From: the human T2T-CHM13v2.0 reference genome, Homo sapiens | Reading direction: 5' to 3' (one strand) | Assembly: GCF_009914755.1 (NCBI RefSeq) | Contig: NC_060928.1 | DNA length: 64,000 bases | Part shown: one piece after another, positions 12,800 through 32,735 of the stretch | Layout: every line of letters starts with the position of its first letter | Numbering within the stretch: the first letter of the stretch is position 1 | Program-made: the position numbers and the translations under genes | The notes under the pieces: model-generated | What the model was told of the DNA's origin: nothing | Databases searched by the model: none | The model's input: only the letters and a program-made list of their open reading frames with translations

Positions 12800-14890
12800 G
12801 TGTCAGTATGATGGGATCTCACTCCCAGGATTGGGGCAGAGGCTGTATGGCAGAAATGAAGAGGTTTTGCAGATGTAACTAAGGTCTCTAATCAATTTAC
12901 TTTGAGTTAATTTTTTAAAAAGGAAACGATCCTAAGTGAGCTTGACCTGATCAGGTGAGCTTTTTAAAAGAGTCCAGGCCTTCCTGGAAGGAAGCAGGTG
13001 TTTGACGTGAGCAAGATCCTCCTGCTGAGCTTTGAGAAGCAAATTGCCTCATTTTGAACTGCCTGTGTGGGGCCAGGTGGCAAGGGTGAGGGTGACCTGC
13101 AGATGCTACGATGGGTCCTGTCCAACAGCCAGAAAAGAACAGAGGGACTTCAGTCCCACGCTACAAGGAAATGAATCCTGCCAATAACCTTTATGAACTT
13201 GGAAACAGTTTATTTTGGAGTCAAACCTCCAGATGAGAACACAGTCCCAAGGCCAGGCACAGTGGCTCACCCCTGTAGGGCACAGGTACATTGGCTCACC
13301 CCTGTAGGGCCAGGCACAGTGGCTCACCCCTGTAGAATATTTAAGTCTGGCAAGAAGAAAATTCATCTGGTGAATTTCCAAGTGAATCAAGAGCTGATTT
13401 CACAGGCGTTTGGGAGGCAGAGGTGAGAGGATTGCTTGAGGCCAGGAGTTCAAGACCAGCCTGGACAACATAGTGAGACTCCTTCTCTACAACACACACA
13501 CACACAGAGCCCAGCCAGTACCTTGATTTTAGGTGGTGATGAGAGGTGACAGCGTGCTGGCAGTCCTCACAGCCCTCTCTCGCTCTCGGCACCTCCTCTG
13601 CCTGGGATCCCACTTGGATGGCACTTGAGGAGCCCTTCAGCCCACCGCTGCACTGTGGGAGCCCGTTTCTGGGCTGGCCAAGGCTGGAGCCGGCTCCCTC
13701 AGCTTGCGGGGAGGTGTGGAGGGAGAGGCGCGGGCGGGAACCCGGGCTGTGCGCAGTGCTTGCGGGCCAGCTGGAGTTCCGGGTGGGCGTGAACTCGGCC
13801 GACCCCACACTCGGAGCGGCCGGCCGGCCCCACCGGCCCCGGGCAGTGAGGGGCTTAGCACCTGGGCCAGCAGCTGCCGTGCTCAATTTCTCGCCGGGCC
13901 TTAGCTGCCTTCCCGCCGGGCAGGGCTCGGGACCCGCAGCCCGCCATGCCTGAGCCTCCCCCCGACTCCGTGGGCTCCTGTGCTGCCCGAGCCTCCCCGA
14001 CGAGAGCCGCCCCCTGCTCCACAGCGCCCAGTCCCATCGACCACCCAAGGGCTGAGGAGTGCGGGAGCAGGGCACCGGGACTGGCAGGCAGCTCCACCTG
14101 CGGCCCTGGTGCGGGATCCACTGGGTGAAGCCAGCTGGGCTCCTGAGTCTGGTGGGGACGTGGAGAACCTTTATGTCTAGCTCAGGGATTGTAAATACAC
14201 CAATCAGCACCCTGTGTCTAGCTCAGGGTTTGTGAATGCACCAATCGACACTCTGTATCTAGCTGCTCTGGTGGGGCCTTGGAGAACCTTTGTGTCCACA
14301 CTCTGTATCTAACTAATCTGATGAGGACGTGGAGAACCTTTGTGTCTAGCTCAGGGATTGTAAACGCACCAATCAGCGCCCTATCAAAACAGACCACTGG
14401 GCTCTACCAATCAGCAGGATGTGGGTGGGGCCAGGTAAGAGAATAAACGCAGGCTGCCCGAGCCAGCAGTGGCAACTCGCTGGGGTCTCCTTCCCCACTG
14501 TGGAAGCTTTGTTCTTTCGCTTTTTGCAATAAATCTTGCTACTGCGCACTCTTTGGCTCCACACTGCTTTTATGAGCTGTAACACTCACCGCGAAGGTCT
14601 GCAGCTTCACTCCTGAGCCAGTGAGACCACGAACACATCCGAACATCAGAAGGAATGAACAACTCCAGACGCGCCACCCTGAGAGCTGTAACACTCACCG
14701 CGAGGGTCTGCGGCTTCATTCTTGAAGTCAGTGAGACCAAGAACCCACCAATTCTGGACACAGTGAGACTCTGAACAGAGGATCCAGCTAAACCAGGCCT
14801 GGACTTCAGGCCCCAAAAGCTGTCAGAGGCTAAATTTGTTTTAAGTGTGTGGGGTAAATCATCACCCATCACTAGCAAATGAAACACAGC
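12800..14890 (+). mobile_element. MLT1-family LTR interrupted by an Alu monomer (13251-13505) and LTR12C
   Basis: MLT1-like motifs (TTTGCAGATGTAACTAAGGT, CTTCAGTCC, CCTCCAGATGAGAAC, GTGAGACTCTGAACAGAGGA) are collinear around the insertions. Confidence 0.65.
13540..14762 (+). mobile_element. LTR12C (ERV9) solo LTR
   Basis: TGAGAGGTGACAGCGTGCTGGCAG start, CCAATTCTGGACACA end, GC/CpG-rich U3, repeated CCAATCAGC boxes, 4-bp TSD GTGA (13536-13539 / 14763-14766). Confidence 0.93.
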
Positions 14891-15716
14891 AAGGATTTTT
14901 CAGTGCGGGCGTTCCCCCAGCTCTCTGCAGCACCTGTTTGCACCTTAATCTCACAGCACTAGCACATAGGAGGGCAGGGAATCCAACCCTCATGAGCTCT
15001 AAGGATCTGATGGAAACCGTGGAGGATCCCGCGAGAAGTAAATGAGCCTTAAAGCAGGACAGAACTGATTGCCTGTTAAGTGCTAAACTGTGTGCTTCAT
15101 ACACATATTTAATCTTCACAACTGTTCTGCAAGGATGGAAATGAGGTTAGTCATGATAATCATTTTAGAAGAAAACTGAGGTTAACTAAAAGGCCCAAGG
15201 TCATGTAGCGAATGAGTGGAGGAAGTCAGGATTCACAGCCTGACCTTGCTGACTCCAAAGCCCATGAATTTTCCAGGTTTCAATGCTGCTTCCTATTTCT
15301 CTCCACTTTGTTTCGGAGTCCCAGGCCACACCATACTCTACCCCGGCATCCCCGTACCCAACTCTGCTGTGTGTCTGTGTAGTTTCTCCTTGCCTAGAGC
15401 TATGTTTGTGGCCAAAACTATCCTTGCTAGAACTCTGGCTCCTGTTCCTTTGCTGATACCCACGCCCAGCACCATGTGGTGATCCCAGCTCAGCTCCCTC
15501 AGCTGCAGCAGCTGTTGCTTCCTTACTTTCTGAATCCTGAGGTGACAGATAAGTAAGTAAAGAATGGAATTGAATAGAAAATCAAGAAGAAAAGTACAAA
15601 AATACGATGTTTTAAATTTATTGCCAAGAAATTCGGAGATTTAATTAACAAATCAGCATATGCATCAAAGAATAGGGACCTGCCAATTTTCAACCTATAG
15701 TTGACTCTCCAACCTA

Positions 15717-16458
<742 letters not shown>

Positions 16459-16461
16459 TAG

Positions 16462-17141
<680 letters not shown>

Positions 17142-17484
17142 TAGCTTTCCCACTCTGTCCTGGGACTAGGTTAACTTCCTTTTAATTCATTTATTTTTAA
17201 GTTCTAGTAAAATTTAGTAATAAAAACTTTACCTATTTATCATGCACACAATATGTTTTCAAACATATGGTTTTGAAATATATATACGTCATGGAATGGT
17301 TCGATTGAGCTAATTAACATATGTATTACTTCACATATGTAAAATTTTTTGTGGTAGGAACACTTAAAATATACTGTCATAGCAATTTTTAAGAACACAA
17401 TACATTATTATTAACTATAGTTACGATATTGCACAATAAATCTCTTGAACTTACTCCTCTTTGGCTCTCCTTCAAGTTGGTTTA

Positions 17485-17911
<427 letters not shown>

Positions 17912-18159
17912 TCATCTGCTCTTCTGCTCTTTTGTCCAGCTACTCTAAAGGAAGGGCCATTCTGGGGCCCAATCCTTTCTGACCTTCTATCTGCTTGGCT
18001 GATGCTCCCTACACGGGCTGCTCACAAGGCGGGAACTCTAAGGACTGGGTGTGAGTTGTACTCTCAGGCTGTTTTACAGGCGTCTGCTGTCTGCTAGACC
18101 CTAGCACACGCTTTGGCTTGTTTTTAATTTAGTGTCCTTTTGGGGAATCGTGTAGTGGG

Positions 18160-18360
18160 GGACTAGTGAAAAGAGGAAAGCAATGGGAACCAGAAACATC
18201 TGGATTCATGTTCCAGCTCCACCTCTTCCTGCTGGGTGACCTTAGGCATGCTCTTTAACCTCTGAGCATTCATTTCCTCAGTTATAAAATTGGGCTAATA
18301 ATAGTTCATAAGAATCATGTGAGAATTAAGGGAGATGATGTTTATAAAGTGCTTTGCATG
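18160..18360 (+). mobile_element. MIR
   Basis: Core-like TGGGTGACCTTAGGCA...TTAACCTCTGAGC...TTTCCTCAGTTATAAAAT. Confidence 0.7.
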
Positions 18361-19240
18361 GAGAAGAGTAAGTACTATGATAAGCATGTGTAGCAAAACG
18401 ATATTAGGAGATGTTAGCTGACATGCCCTCATCATCTGCATGCCCTCTTCCTTCTACTCTACTTCCTACTCCCACACTGCCAATTTGGCTTTTAGGCACG
18501 AGACCTTCTTGGCCCCCAGGAGAACTATCTCAGCAGAACTAGAGGACAAGGGCATTCAGTTATTGGGTTTCATGTTTAACAACCAGGTGTGACACAGAAA
18601 GATAACACAGACCCAATTCTACCCACCCCTGCCCAGCCTGCCTCGGTAAATATGCTCCAAGCAGGAGAGGGAGAGGACCTGGTGACAGGAGCACTGGAGT
18701 GAGTCACTGGTGTGGGCCTCAGAGCTGAGTCCACTCTGAATGGACTGAGCTTGACCTGACTGACAAGTTTTCCGCTAATAAGGCTCAGGTAACTTGACTT
18801 AAACAGAGAAAATTAAATTTCTGGGATGCTGGAGTTGGTGGATTGAGAAATGTATGCTTACCATGCAAGGAATGTATCACCCCCTGAAGAGCAGAGATAA
18901 CCTATAAAGATCTTAGACGCTGCTTTTTGGGCCATTTGCTGCCAAGAATGGGCAAGTTTGGTAATGCAGGAAACCGTGCTGCTTCCCTTCAGGAATAATG
19001 CTGGGGACTGGCTGGGAGCTCCTTGCCTTTGATAATCTTTTCAAAACTATCCCATCATATTATGAGACTGAGTCTACCTTGATAGGTGAAGGAAGAAAAT
19101 ATGAGTTGCCAAGTCCAAGGCAAGATGCTCCTCTCATTTGATCTGTGTAAGATAGGGGTAAATATCCCATTATACTTTGGAGAATAGTAGCAATAATAAT
19201 AATAATAGCTTTCATTTATTAAGCACTTATAAGTCTACAC

Positions 19241-19853
<613 letters not shown>

Positions 19854-21406
19854 CTGTCTACACTTTTTAATGAGTAAACAAATATCCATTCTTTCTTCCA
19901 CTAATGACATAAATTTAAGGGGATAAAAACCTCTGATTGCCTTACTTTTTTACCCCTGATGGACTAGAATCCTGAAAATAGGTGGGCTGAACGGAACCTT
20001 TGAGTGAGTGTACACCCAGGCATGCGCAAACGCATGCACACGTGCACATACATAAGCATACACACGCCGAGTCAGCCCACTGCCCCTCCTGGCGCTGCCA
20101 GCCTTTGCCGGCACACCCCTCTGTGCAGCCCCATCAGCCCTCTCCTTCCTCACAGGACATGGTTCTTACACTTGGGTTCAAGGAGGTCTACAGCAAACTC
20201 ATGGTCAAATGGCAGCTTAGTCTCTTTATATACACAATCCTATTTCAAAGCAATCTAAGAAATAGAAAGCATTGCTTTCTCTCTCATCTGTGATATTTGC
20301 CTCTTTCTGGAACGTATCATTGCCCAAGAAATTATCTAGCATAAGTTAGCACTGATAAATTGCTAACTTTAGCTAGAGAAAAAGCTCATTTTGAAGACTT
20401 CAGGTGTGATTTTTTGAAAAAATTATTCATATTGACTATTTGGAAACTAAAGCTGTGTCCTTGCTGAAACTTTAGACAAATGCTGCTTGTTGACAAACAA
20501 GGATGTGCTTGAGCTGAAGGTGATGTGACTGACACATTTATCAGGGAGGCAGTGGCACTGGAACACTGCAGAGGACAGTGGCGGCTGCCTCAGGCTTTTC
20601 CTTGCAGGTTGTATCTTTGGTTACTTTTCCTGGAATAGTTCTAATACTGACCTTTTAGTTACAACTAGAAAATAACATTGCATTAACCTCCTCTCCGTCA
20701 ACAGCTGAGCTGGAGAGAGCTGAGCGGCTCGGTGTCCAAGCGGTGGATTAAAACAGCACACCAAGACGAAAGTGAGGCTTTCATCACCTCCTGCAGTGAC
20801 ATAAGCAAGAGGCAAGTGGCAAGAGTGTTGCCTCCTCCACATTTTATTTTTCCCCCCAGAAGAGCACCAGGAGCAGGTCAGATGGATCAATAGGGGTCAT
20901 CTCACCACTGAGGGAACCCCAGCAAAAGGCTCTTGCAGGTTTGTTGGGGAGGAAGAGAAGGGTGAGGGCTGGAGGTGTTAAAATACTGAATGCTGAGTCA
21001 GGGTGATGAAAAATGTCTTCATGGCCCCCAGCAGCGTGGTCTCAGGAGAGACCCCAAGAGAGACCTCAGCTCACGGTCTGCAGATAAGGACGTCTCTGGG
21101 TGGTGTGTCTGAGCTAGGAATGCAGATATGTGCAGCGTCACGGCTGGCCAGGGGCACCCAGACTGTGGGCCAAGTCTGGGGTGAGGAGGGCAGCTCTCCC
21201 CGCCCAGGCCTACCAGGAAATGCCTTTGGAATTGCCTAGGGTTGGGCCTGAAAGATCACATATAAGATTTTGGCTTCCTGGCCTTTTGGCCAGATGCCTT
21301 ACTCCTCAGCTTGACTCTCTTGGTTTGTAGAACCCAAGACGTAACTGGATGTGGAAACAGACTTATGACACCGTACAAAGGGATCCACAGTGTCTTACTA
21401 TCATTC

Positions 21407-22056
21407 TGAAACCATCTTTGCAAAAATTATAACTGAGAAAATTATGACAGTGAAAGAGATCTGACCTAACCGACTCCATCTTGCCTCTGACCTCCAGGCT
21501 GCCCTTGTTCATCCCTGGGCATAGGCCGAACTGACTTTGAGAGGAGTTTAGTTTATGGTTTGATGATAACATGGTAACAGCCCTTTCCCAAAATAAACCC
21601 CCCTCTTGGGGACTAAACTGTCTTTACAGGACTAATACATTAGCCACGAGATTAGAAATGATGGTTTAGGAGTCATTGTTGAAAAACCCGAGGTCAGTGC
21701 TTAAGATATTTTGCAGACTCTGCATTCCAGTGCACCAGCTGGTATGGGCTCATCAGGTCTTGTGGCCACCTTCCAGGAACTGACTCAACTCAAGAGGACA
21801 GCTTGGACTCCCTGTTATTTCATTTGCAAGCCAACCGATCAGCACTCCCCAATTTCTGATTCCCTACCCACCAAATTATCCTTAAAAACTCTGATCTCCA
21901 AATTTTTGGGGAGACTGATTTGAGTAATAATAAAACTCTGGTCTCCCCTAGAGCTAGCACTGGGTGAATTAAACTCTTTCTCAATTGCAATTCCCCTGTC
22001 TTGATAAATCAGCTCTGTCTAGGCAGTGGACAAAAAGAACTAGTTGGGTGGTTACA
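21407..22056 (+). mobile_element. LTR8-family solo LTR (ERV1)
   Basis: TGAAACCATCTTTGCAAAAATTAT start, GGTTACA end, 4-bp TSD ATTC. Confidence 0.85.
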
Positions 22057-25000
22057 ATTCTGTATCCTAGACACACATTTACTCATCTGTTGATTTTTTC
22101 CACAGATACTTCCTACAATAGAAGTGTTTTCCAAAATAAGTGTTTCCCATATGATCTTCATTTCTTTTACAAATATGATATTTTTCCTTAAAAAACAGGC
22201 TGGGAGTTCTCTCAAGATGGCCGAATAGGAACAGCACCAGTCTGCAGCTCCCAGCGAGATCAACGCAGAAGGTGGGTGATTTCTGCATGTCCAACTGAGG
22301 TACCCGGCTCATCTCATTGGGACTGGTTAGACAGTGGGTACAGCCCACGGAGGGTGAGCCAAAACAGGGTGGGGCGTTGCCTCACCCCAGAAGCGCAAAG
22401 GGTCGGGGAACTCCCTCCTGTAGCCAAGGGAAGCTGTGAGGGACTGTGCCGTGAGGGACAGTGCACTCTGTCCCAGATACTACGCTTTTCCCATGGTCTT
22501 TACAACCTGTGGACCAGGAGATTCCCTCTGGTGCCTATGCCACCAGGGCCCTGCGTTTCAAGCACAAAACTGGGCAGCCGTTTGGGCAGACACCGAGTTT
22601 TTTTTCTTACCCCAGGGGTGCCTGGAGTGCCAGCGAGACAGAGCCGTTCCCTCCCCTGGAAAGGGGGCTGAAGCCAGGGAGCCAAGTGGTCTAGCTCAGT
22701 GGGTTCCACCCCCATGGAGCCCAGCAAGCTAAGATCCACTGGCTTGAAATTCTCGCTGCCAGCACAGCAGTCTGAAGTTGACTTGGGACGTTTGAGCTTG
22801 GTGGGGAGAGGGGCATCCACCATTACTGAGGCTTGAGTAGGTGGTTTTCCCCTCACAGTGTAAACAGAGCTCGGAAAGTTCAAACTGGGAGGAGCACACC
22901 GCAGCTTGGCAAAGCCGCTATAGCCAGACTGCCTCTCTAGATTCTTCCTCTCTGGGCAGGGCATCTCTGAAAAAAAGGCAGCAGCCCCAGTCAGGGGCTT
23001 ATAGATAAAACCCCATCTCCCCGGAACAGAGCACCTGGGGGAAGTGGTGGTTGTGGGCGCAGCTTCAGGAGACTTGAACGTCCCTGCCTGACAGCCCTGA
23101 AGAGAGCAGCGGATCTCCCAGCACAGCGTTCAAGCTCCACTAAGGAACAGACTGCCTTCTCAAGTAGGTCCCTGATCCCTGTGTCTCCTGACTGGGAGGC
23201 ATCCCCCAGAAGGGGTCAACAACCACCTCATACAAGAGAGCTCCGGCTGGCATCTGGCGGGCACCCCTCTGGGACAAAGCTTCCAGAGGAAGGAACAGGC
23301 AGCAATCTTTGCTGTTCTGCAGCCTCCACTAGTGATAGCCAGGCAAATAGGGTATGGAGTGGACCTCCAGCAAACTCCAGCAGACCTGCAGCAGAGGGGC
23401 CTGACTGTTAGAAGGAAAAACTAACAAACAAAAAGGAAAAGCATCAACATCAACAAAAAGGACATCCATTCAGAAACCCCACCTGAAGGTCACCAATATA
23501 AAAGACCAAAGGTAGATAAATCTACGAAGATGGGGAGAAACCAGCACAAAAAAGCTGAAAATTCCAAAAACCAGAACGTCGCTTTTCCTCCAAAGGATCA
23601 CAACTCCTCACAAGCAAGGGAAAAAACTGGACAGGGAAGGAGTTTGACAAATTGATAGAAGTAGGCTTCAGAAAGTGGGTAATAACAAACTCCTCTGAGC
23701 TAAAGGAGCATGTTCTAACCCAATGCAAGGAAGCTAAGAACTTTGAAAAAAGGTTAGAGGAATTGCTAACTAGAATAACCAGTTTAGAGAAGAACATAAA
23801 TGACCTGATGGAGCTGAAAAACACAGCATGAGAACTTCATGAAGCATACACAAGTATCAATAGCCTAATCGGTCAAGCAGAAGAAAGGATATCAGAGATT
23901 GAAGATCAACTTAATGACATAAAGAGTGAAGACAAGATTAAAGGAAAAGAACGAAAAGGAATGAACAAAGCCTCCAAGAAATACGGGACTATGTGAAAAG
24001 ACCAAACCTACATTTGATTGTGTACCTGAAAGTGACAGAGAGAATGGAACCAAGCTGGAAAACATTCTTCAGGATATTACCCAGGAGAACTTCCCCAACC
24101 TAGCAAGATACGCCAACATTGGAATTCAGGAAATACAGAGAACACCACAAAGATTCTCCTTGAGAAAGGCAACCCCAAGACATACAATCGTCAGATTCAC
24201 TGTGGATGAAATGAAGAAAAAAAAGTTGGGGCAGCCAAAGAGAAAGGTTGGGTTACCCACAAAGGGAAGCCCCTCAGACTAACAGCGGATTTCCTTGCAG
24301 AAACCCTACAAGCCAGAAAGTTTAACATTTTTAAAGAAAAGAATTTTCAACCCAGAGTTTCATATCCAGCCAAGCTAAGCTTCATAAGTGAAGGAGAAAT
24401 AAAATCCTTTACAGACAAGCAAATGCTGAGAGATTTTGTCACCACCAGGCCTGCCTTACAAGAGCTCCTGAAGGAAGCACTAAACATAGAAAGGAAAAAT
24501 TGGTACCAGTGACTGCAAAAACATACCAAATTTTAAAGACCATTGACACTATGAAGAAACTGCATCAACTAACAGGCAAAATAGCCAGCTAGCATCATAA
24601 TGACAGGATCAGCTTCACACGTAACAATATTAACCTTGAATATAAGTGGGCTAAATGCCCCAATTAAAGGACACGGACTGGCATATTGGATAAAGAGTCA
24701 AGATCCATCAGTGTGCTGTATTCAGGAGACCCATCTCATGTGCAAAGACACACATAGGCTCAAAATAAAGGGATGGAGGAATATTTACCAAGCAAATGGA
24801 AAGCAAAAAAGAGCAGGGGTTGCAATCCTAGTCTCTGATAAAACAGACTTTAAATCAACAAAGATCAAAAGAGACAAAGAAGGGCATTTCATAATGGTAA
24901 AGGGATCAATGCAACAAGAAGAGCTAACTATCCTAAATATATATGCACCCAATACAGGAGCACCCAGATTCATAAAGCAAATTCTTAGAGACCTATAAAG

Positions 25001-25267
25001 AGACTTAGACTCCCACACAATAATAGTGGGAGACTTTAAGACCCCACTGTCAATATTAGACAGATCAATGAGTCAGAAAATTAACAAGGCTATCCAGGAC
25101 TTGAACTCAGCTCTGGACCAAGCAGACCTAATAGACATCTGCAGAACTCTCCACCTCAAATCAACAGAATATACATTTTTCTCACCGCCACATCACACTT
25201 ATTCTAAAATTGACCACATAATTGGAAGTAAAACACTCCCCAGCAAATGCAAAAGAACAGAAATTAT

Positions 25268-25599
<332 letters not shown>

Positions 25600-25894
25600 T
25601 CACACCACAGTGCAATCAAATTAGAACTCAGGATTAAGAAACTCACTCAAAACCACACTACATAGAAACTGAACAACCTGCTCCTGAATGACTACTGGGT
25701 AAATAACAAAATTAAGGCAGAAATAAATAAGTTCTTTGAAACCAATGAGAACAAAGACACAACATACCAGAATCTCTGGGACACAGCTAAAGCAGTGTTT
25801 AGAGGGAAATATATAGCACTAAATGCCCACAAGAGAAAGCAGAAAAGATCTGAAATCGACACCCTAACATCACAATTAAAAGAACTAGAGAAAC

Positions 25895-26226
<332 letters not shown>

Positions 26227-26278
26227 CTAGCAGAAGACAAGAAATAACTAAGATCAGAGCTGAACTGAAGAAGATAGA

Positions 26279-26792
26279 TGTTGGGAACAGGCCCCCCCAA
26301 AATCTGGCCACAAGCTGGTCCCCAAACTGGCCATAAACAAAATCTCTGCAGCACTGTGACATGTTCATGATGGCCGTAACACCCGTGCTGGAAGGTTGTG
26401 GGTTTACCGGAATGAGGGCAAGGAACACCTGGCCCGTCCAGGGCGGAAAACTGCTTAAAGGCATTTTTAAGCCACAAACAATAGCATGAGCGATCTGTGC
26501 CTTAAGGACCTGCTCCTGCTGCAGTTAACTAGCCCAACCTATTCCTTTATTTAGGCCCATCCCTTTGTTTCCCATAAGGGATACTTTTAGTTAATTGAAT
26601 ATCTATAGAAACAATGCTAATGACTGGCTTGCTGTTAATAAATACATGGGTAAATCTCTGTTCAGGGCTCTCAGCTCCGAAGGCTGTGAGACCCCTGATT
26701 TCCCACTTCACACCTCTATATTTCTGTGTGTGTGTCTTTAATTCCTCTAGCGCCACTGGGTTAGGGTCTCCCCGATCGAGCTAGTCTCGGCA
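26279..26792 (+). mobile_element. MER9 (HERV-K/HML-3) solo LTR inside L1 ORF2
   Basis: TGTTGGGAACAGGCCCCCC start, TCTCGGCA end, perfect 6-bp TSD GATAGA. Confidence 0.88.
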
Positions 26793-27249
26793 GATAGAGA
26801 CACAAAAAACCCTTCAAAAAGTCAATGAATTCAGGAGCTGGTTTTTCGAAAAGATCAACAAAGTAGTTAGATCGCTAGCCAGACTAATAAAGAAAAGAGA
26901 GAAGAATCAAATAGACACAATAAAAAATGATAAAGGGGATATCACCAGTGATCCCACAGAAATACAAACTACTATCAGAGAATACTATAAACACCTCTAT
27001 ACAAATAAACTAGAAAATCTAGAAGAAATGGATACATTCCCAGACACATACACCCTCCCAAGTCTAAATCAGGAAGAAGTTGAATCCCTGAATAGACCAA
27101 TAACAAGTTCTGAAATTGAGGCAATAATTAATAGCCTACCAACCAAAAAAAGTCCAGGACCAGACAGATTCACAGCCAAATTCTGCCAGAGGTACAAAGA
27201 GGAGCTGGTACCATTCCTTCTGAAACTATTCCAAACACTAGAAAAATAG

Positions 27250-27390
<141 letters not shown>

Positions 27391-29768
27391 TGAATCCAGC
27401 AGCACATCAAAAAGCTTATCCACCATGATCAAGTCAGCTTCATCCCTGGGATGCAAGGCTGGTTTAACATACGCAAATCAATAAATGTAATCCATCACAT
27501 AAACAGAACCAAGGACAAAAACAATATGACTATCTTAATAGATGCAGAAAAGGCTTTTGACAAAATTCAACATGCCTTCATGCTAAAAACTCCGAATAAA
27601 CTAGGTATTGATGGAATGTATCTCAAATTATAAGAGCTATTTATGACAAACCCACAGCCAATATCATACTGAATGGGCAAAAACTGGAAGCATTCCCTTT
27701 GAAAACTGGCACAAGACAAGGATGCCTTCTCTCACAACTCCTATTAAACATAGTATTGGAAGTTCTGGCCAGGACTATCAGCAAGAGAAAGAAATAAAGG
27801 GTATTCAAATAGGAAGAGAGAAAGTCAAATTGTCTCTGTTTTCAGATGACATGATTGTGTATTTAGAAAACCCCTTTGTCTCAGCCCAAAATCTCCTGAG
27901 CTGATAAGCAACTTCAGCAAAGTCTCAGGATACAAAATCAATAAGCAAAAATCACAAGCATTCCTATACAGCAATAATAGACAAGTAGAGCCAAATCATG
28001 AATGAACTCCCATTCACAATTACTACAAAGAGAATACAATATCTAAGAATACAACTTACAAGGGATGTGAAGGACCTCTTCAAGGAGAACTTCAAACCAC
28101 TGCTCAAGGAAATGGGAAAAGGACACAAACAATGGGAAAAACATTCCATGTTCATGGATAGGAAAGATTAATATCGTGAAAATGGCCATACTACCCAAGG
28201 TAATTTATAGATTCAATGCTATCCCCATCAAGCTACCATTGACTTTCTTCACATAATTGGAAAAAACTACTTTAAATTTCTTGTGGAACCAAAAAAGAGC
28301 CTGCACAGCCAAGACAATCATGAGCCAAAAGAACAAAACTGGATGCATCATGATACCTGACTTCAAACTATACTACAAGGCTACAGTAACCAAAACAGCA
28401 TGGTACTGGTATCAAAACAGATATATAGACCAATGGAACAGAACAGAGATCTCAGAAATAACGCCACACATCTACAGCCATCTGATCTTTGACAAATCTG
28501 ACAAAAACAAGCAATGGGGAAAGGATTCTGTATTTATTAAATGGTGTTGGGAAAACTGGCTAGCCATATGCAGAAAAATGAAACTGGGCTCCTTCCTTGC
28601 ACCTTATACAAAAATTAACTCAAGATGGATTAAAAACTTAAATGTAAGACCTAAAACCATAAAAACCCTAGAAGGAAAACCTAGGCAATTCAGGACATAG
28701 GCATGGACAAAGACTTCATGACTAAAACATCAAAAGCAATGGCAACAAAAGCCAAAATTGACAAATGGGATCTAATTAAACTAAAGAACTTCTACACAGC
28801 AAAAGAAGTTATCATCAGAGTGAACAGGCAACCTACAGAATGGGAGAAAATTTTTGCAATCTATTCATCTGACAAAGGGCTAATATCCAGAATCTACAAT
28901 GAACTCAAACAAATTTACAAGAAAAAAACAACCCCATCAAAAAGTGGGTGAAGGATATGAACAGACACTTCTCAAAAGAAGACATTTATGCAGCCAACAA
29001 TCATATGAAAAAAAGCTCATCATTGCTGGTCATTAGAGAAATGCAAATCAAAACCACAATGAGATACCATCTCACACCAGTTAGAATGGCGATCATTAAA
29101 AAGTCAGGAAACGACAGATGCTGGAGAGGATGTAGAGAAATAGGAACGCTTTTACACTGTTGATGGTGGTATAAATTAGTTCAACCATTGTGGAAGACGG
29201 TGTGGCAATTTCTGAAGGATCTAGAACCAGAAATACCATTTGACCCAGCAATCCCATTACTAGGTATATACCCAAAGGATTAGAAATCATTCTACTATAA
29301 AGACACATGCACACATATGTCTATTGCAGCACTGTTCACAATAGCAAAGACTTGGAACCAACCCAAATGCCCATCAGTGATAGACTGGATAAAGAAAATG
29401 TGGCATATATACACCATGGAATACTACGCAGCCATAAAAAAGGGTGAGTTCATGTCCTTTGCAGGGACATGGATGAAGCTGGAAGCCACCATTCTCAGCA
29501 AACTAACACAAGCACAGAAAACCAAACACCACATGTTCTCACTCATAAGTGGAAGTTGAACAATGAGAACACATGGACACAGGAAGGGGAATATCACACA
29601 CTGGGGCCTGTTGCGGGTGGGGAGTCTAGGGAAGGGATAGCATTAGGAGAAATACCTAATGTAGATGACAGGTTGATGGGTGCAGCAAACCACCATGGCA
29701 CGTGTATACCTATGTAACAAACCTGCACGTTCTGCACATGTACCCCAGAATAAAGAAAAAAAAATACA

Positions 29769-32040
<2,272 letters not shown>

Positions 32041-32413
32041 AACACTAAGGAATGAATTCCAAGCATAAACCTTTCACCCCAGATCTGTTTCTTTCTACCA
32101 CTTACTCCACCATTGTGATAGTTCTTCCTCTCCATACCCTACCACTTTGTAAAAACCCAATGGGGAAATCAGTGTTCCTTCCCAGGGCAAGGTCTAATCC
32201 AGCATCTTACATGGGTGTTAAGATCAGTCCCTAAAAAGCTGAGCTATGCTGGCTTAGCTTGGCCTTGTCCCTCTGTAGTCTGGGCGAAGCAGGATATGCC
32301 ATCTCCTTAAGACCTCCATTCCCCAGGGTGCTTGGGTCCAATTTAATTGAATTGAATGTAGCCCTTACACTGACCTGCCTTGGGATTGACCAGAATTATG
32401 TGTATTTTTTTAA

Positions 32414-32735
<322 letters not shown>

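Noticed and set aside
12292-12878. 176-aa and 93-aa ORFs in semi-unique sequence
   Set aside because: No recognisable protein similarity or exon structure; partly overlaps the MLT1 LTR.
13341-14210. Longest ORF in the window (289 aa, minus) and overlapping ORFs
   Set aside because: Lies in the GC-rich U3 of LTR12C plus an Alu; stop-poor composition explains the open frames and no domain is recognisable.
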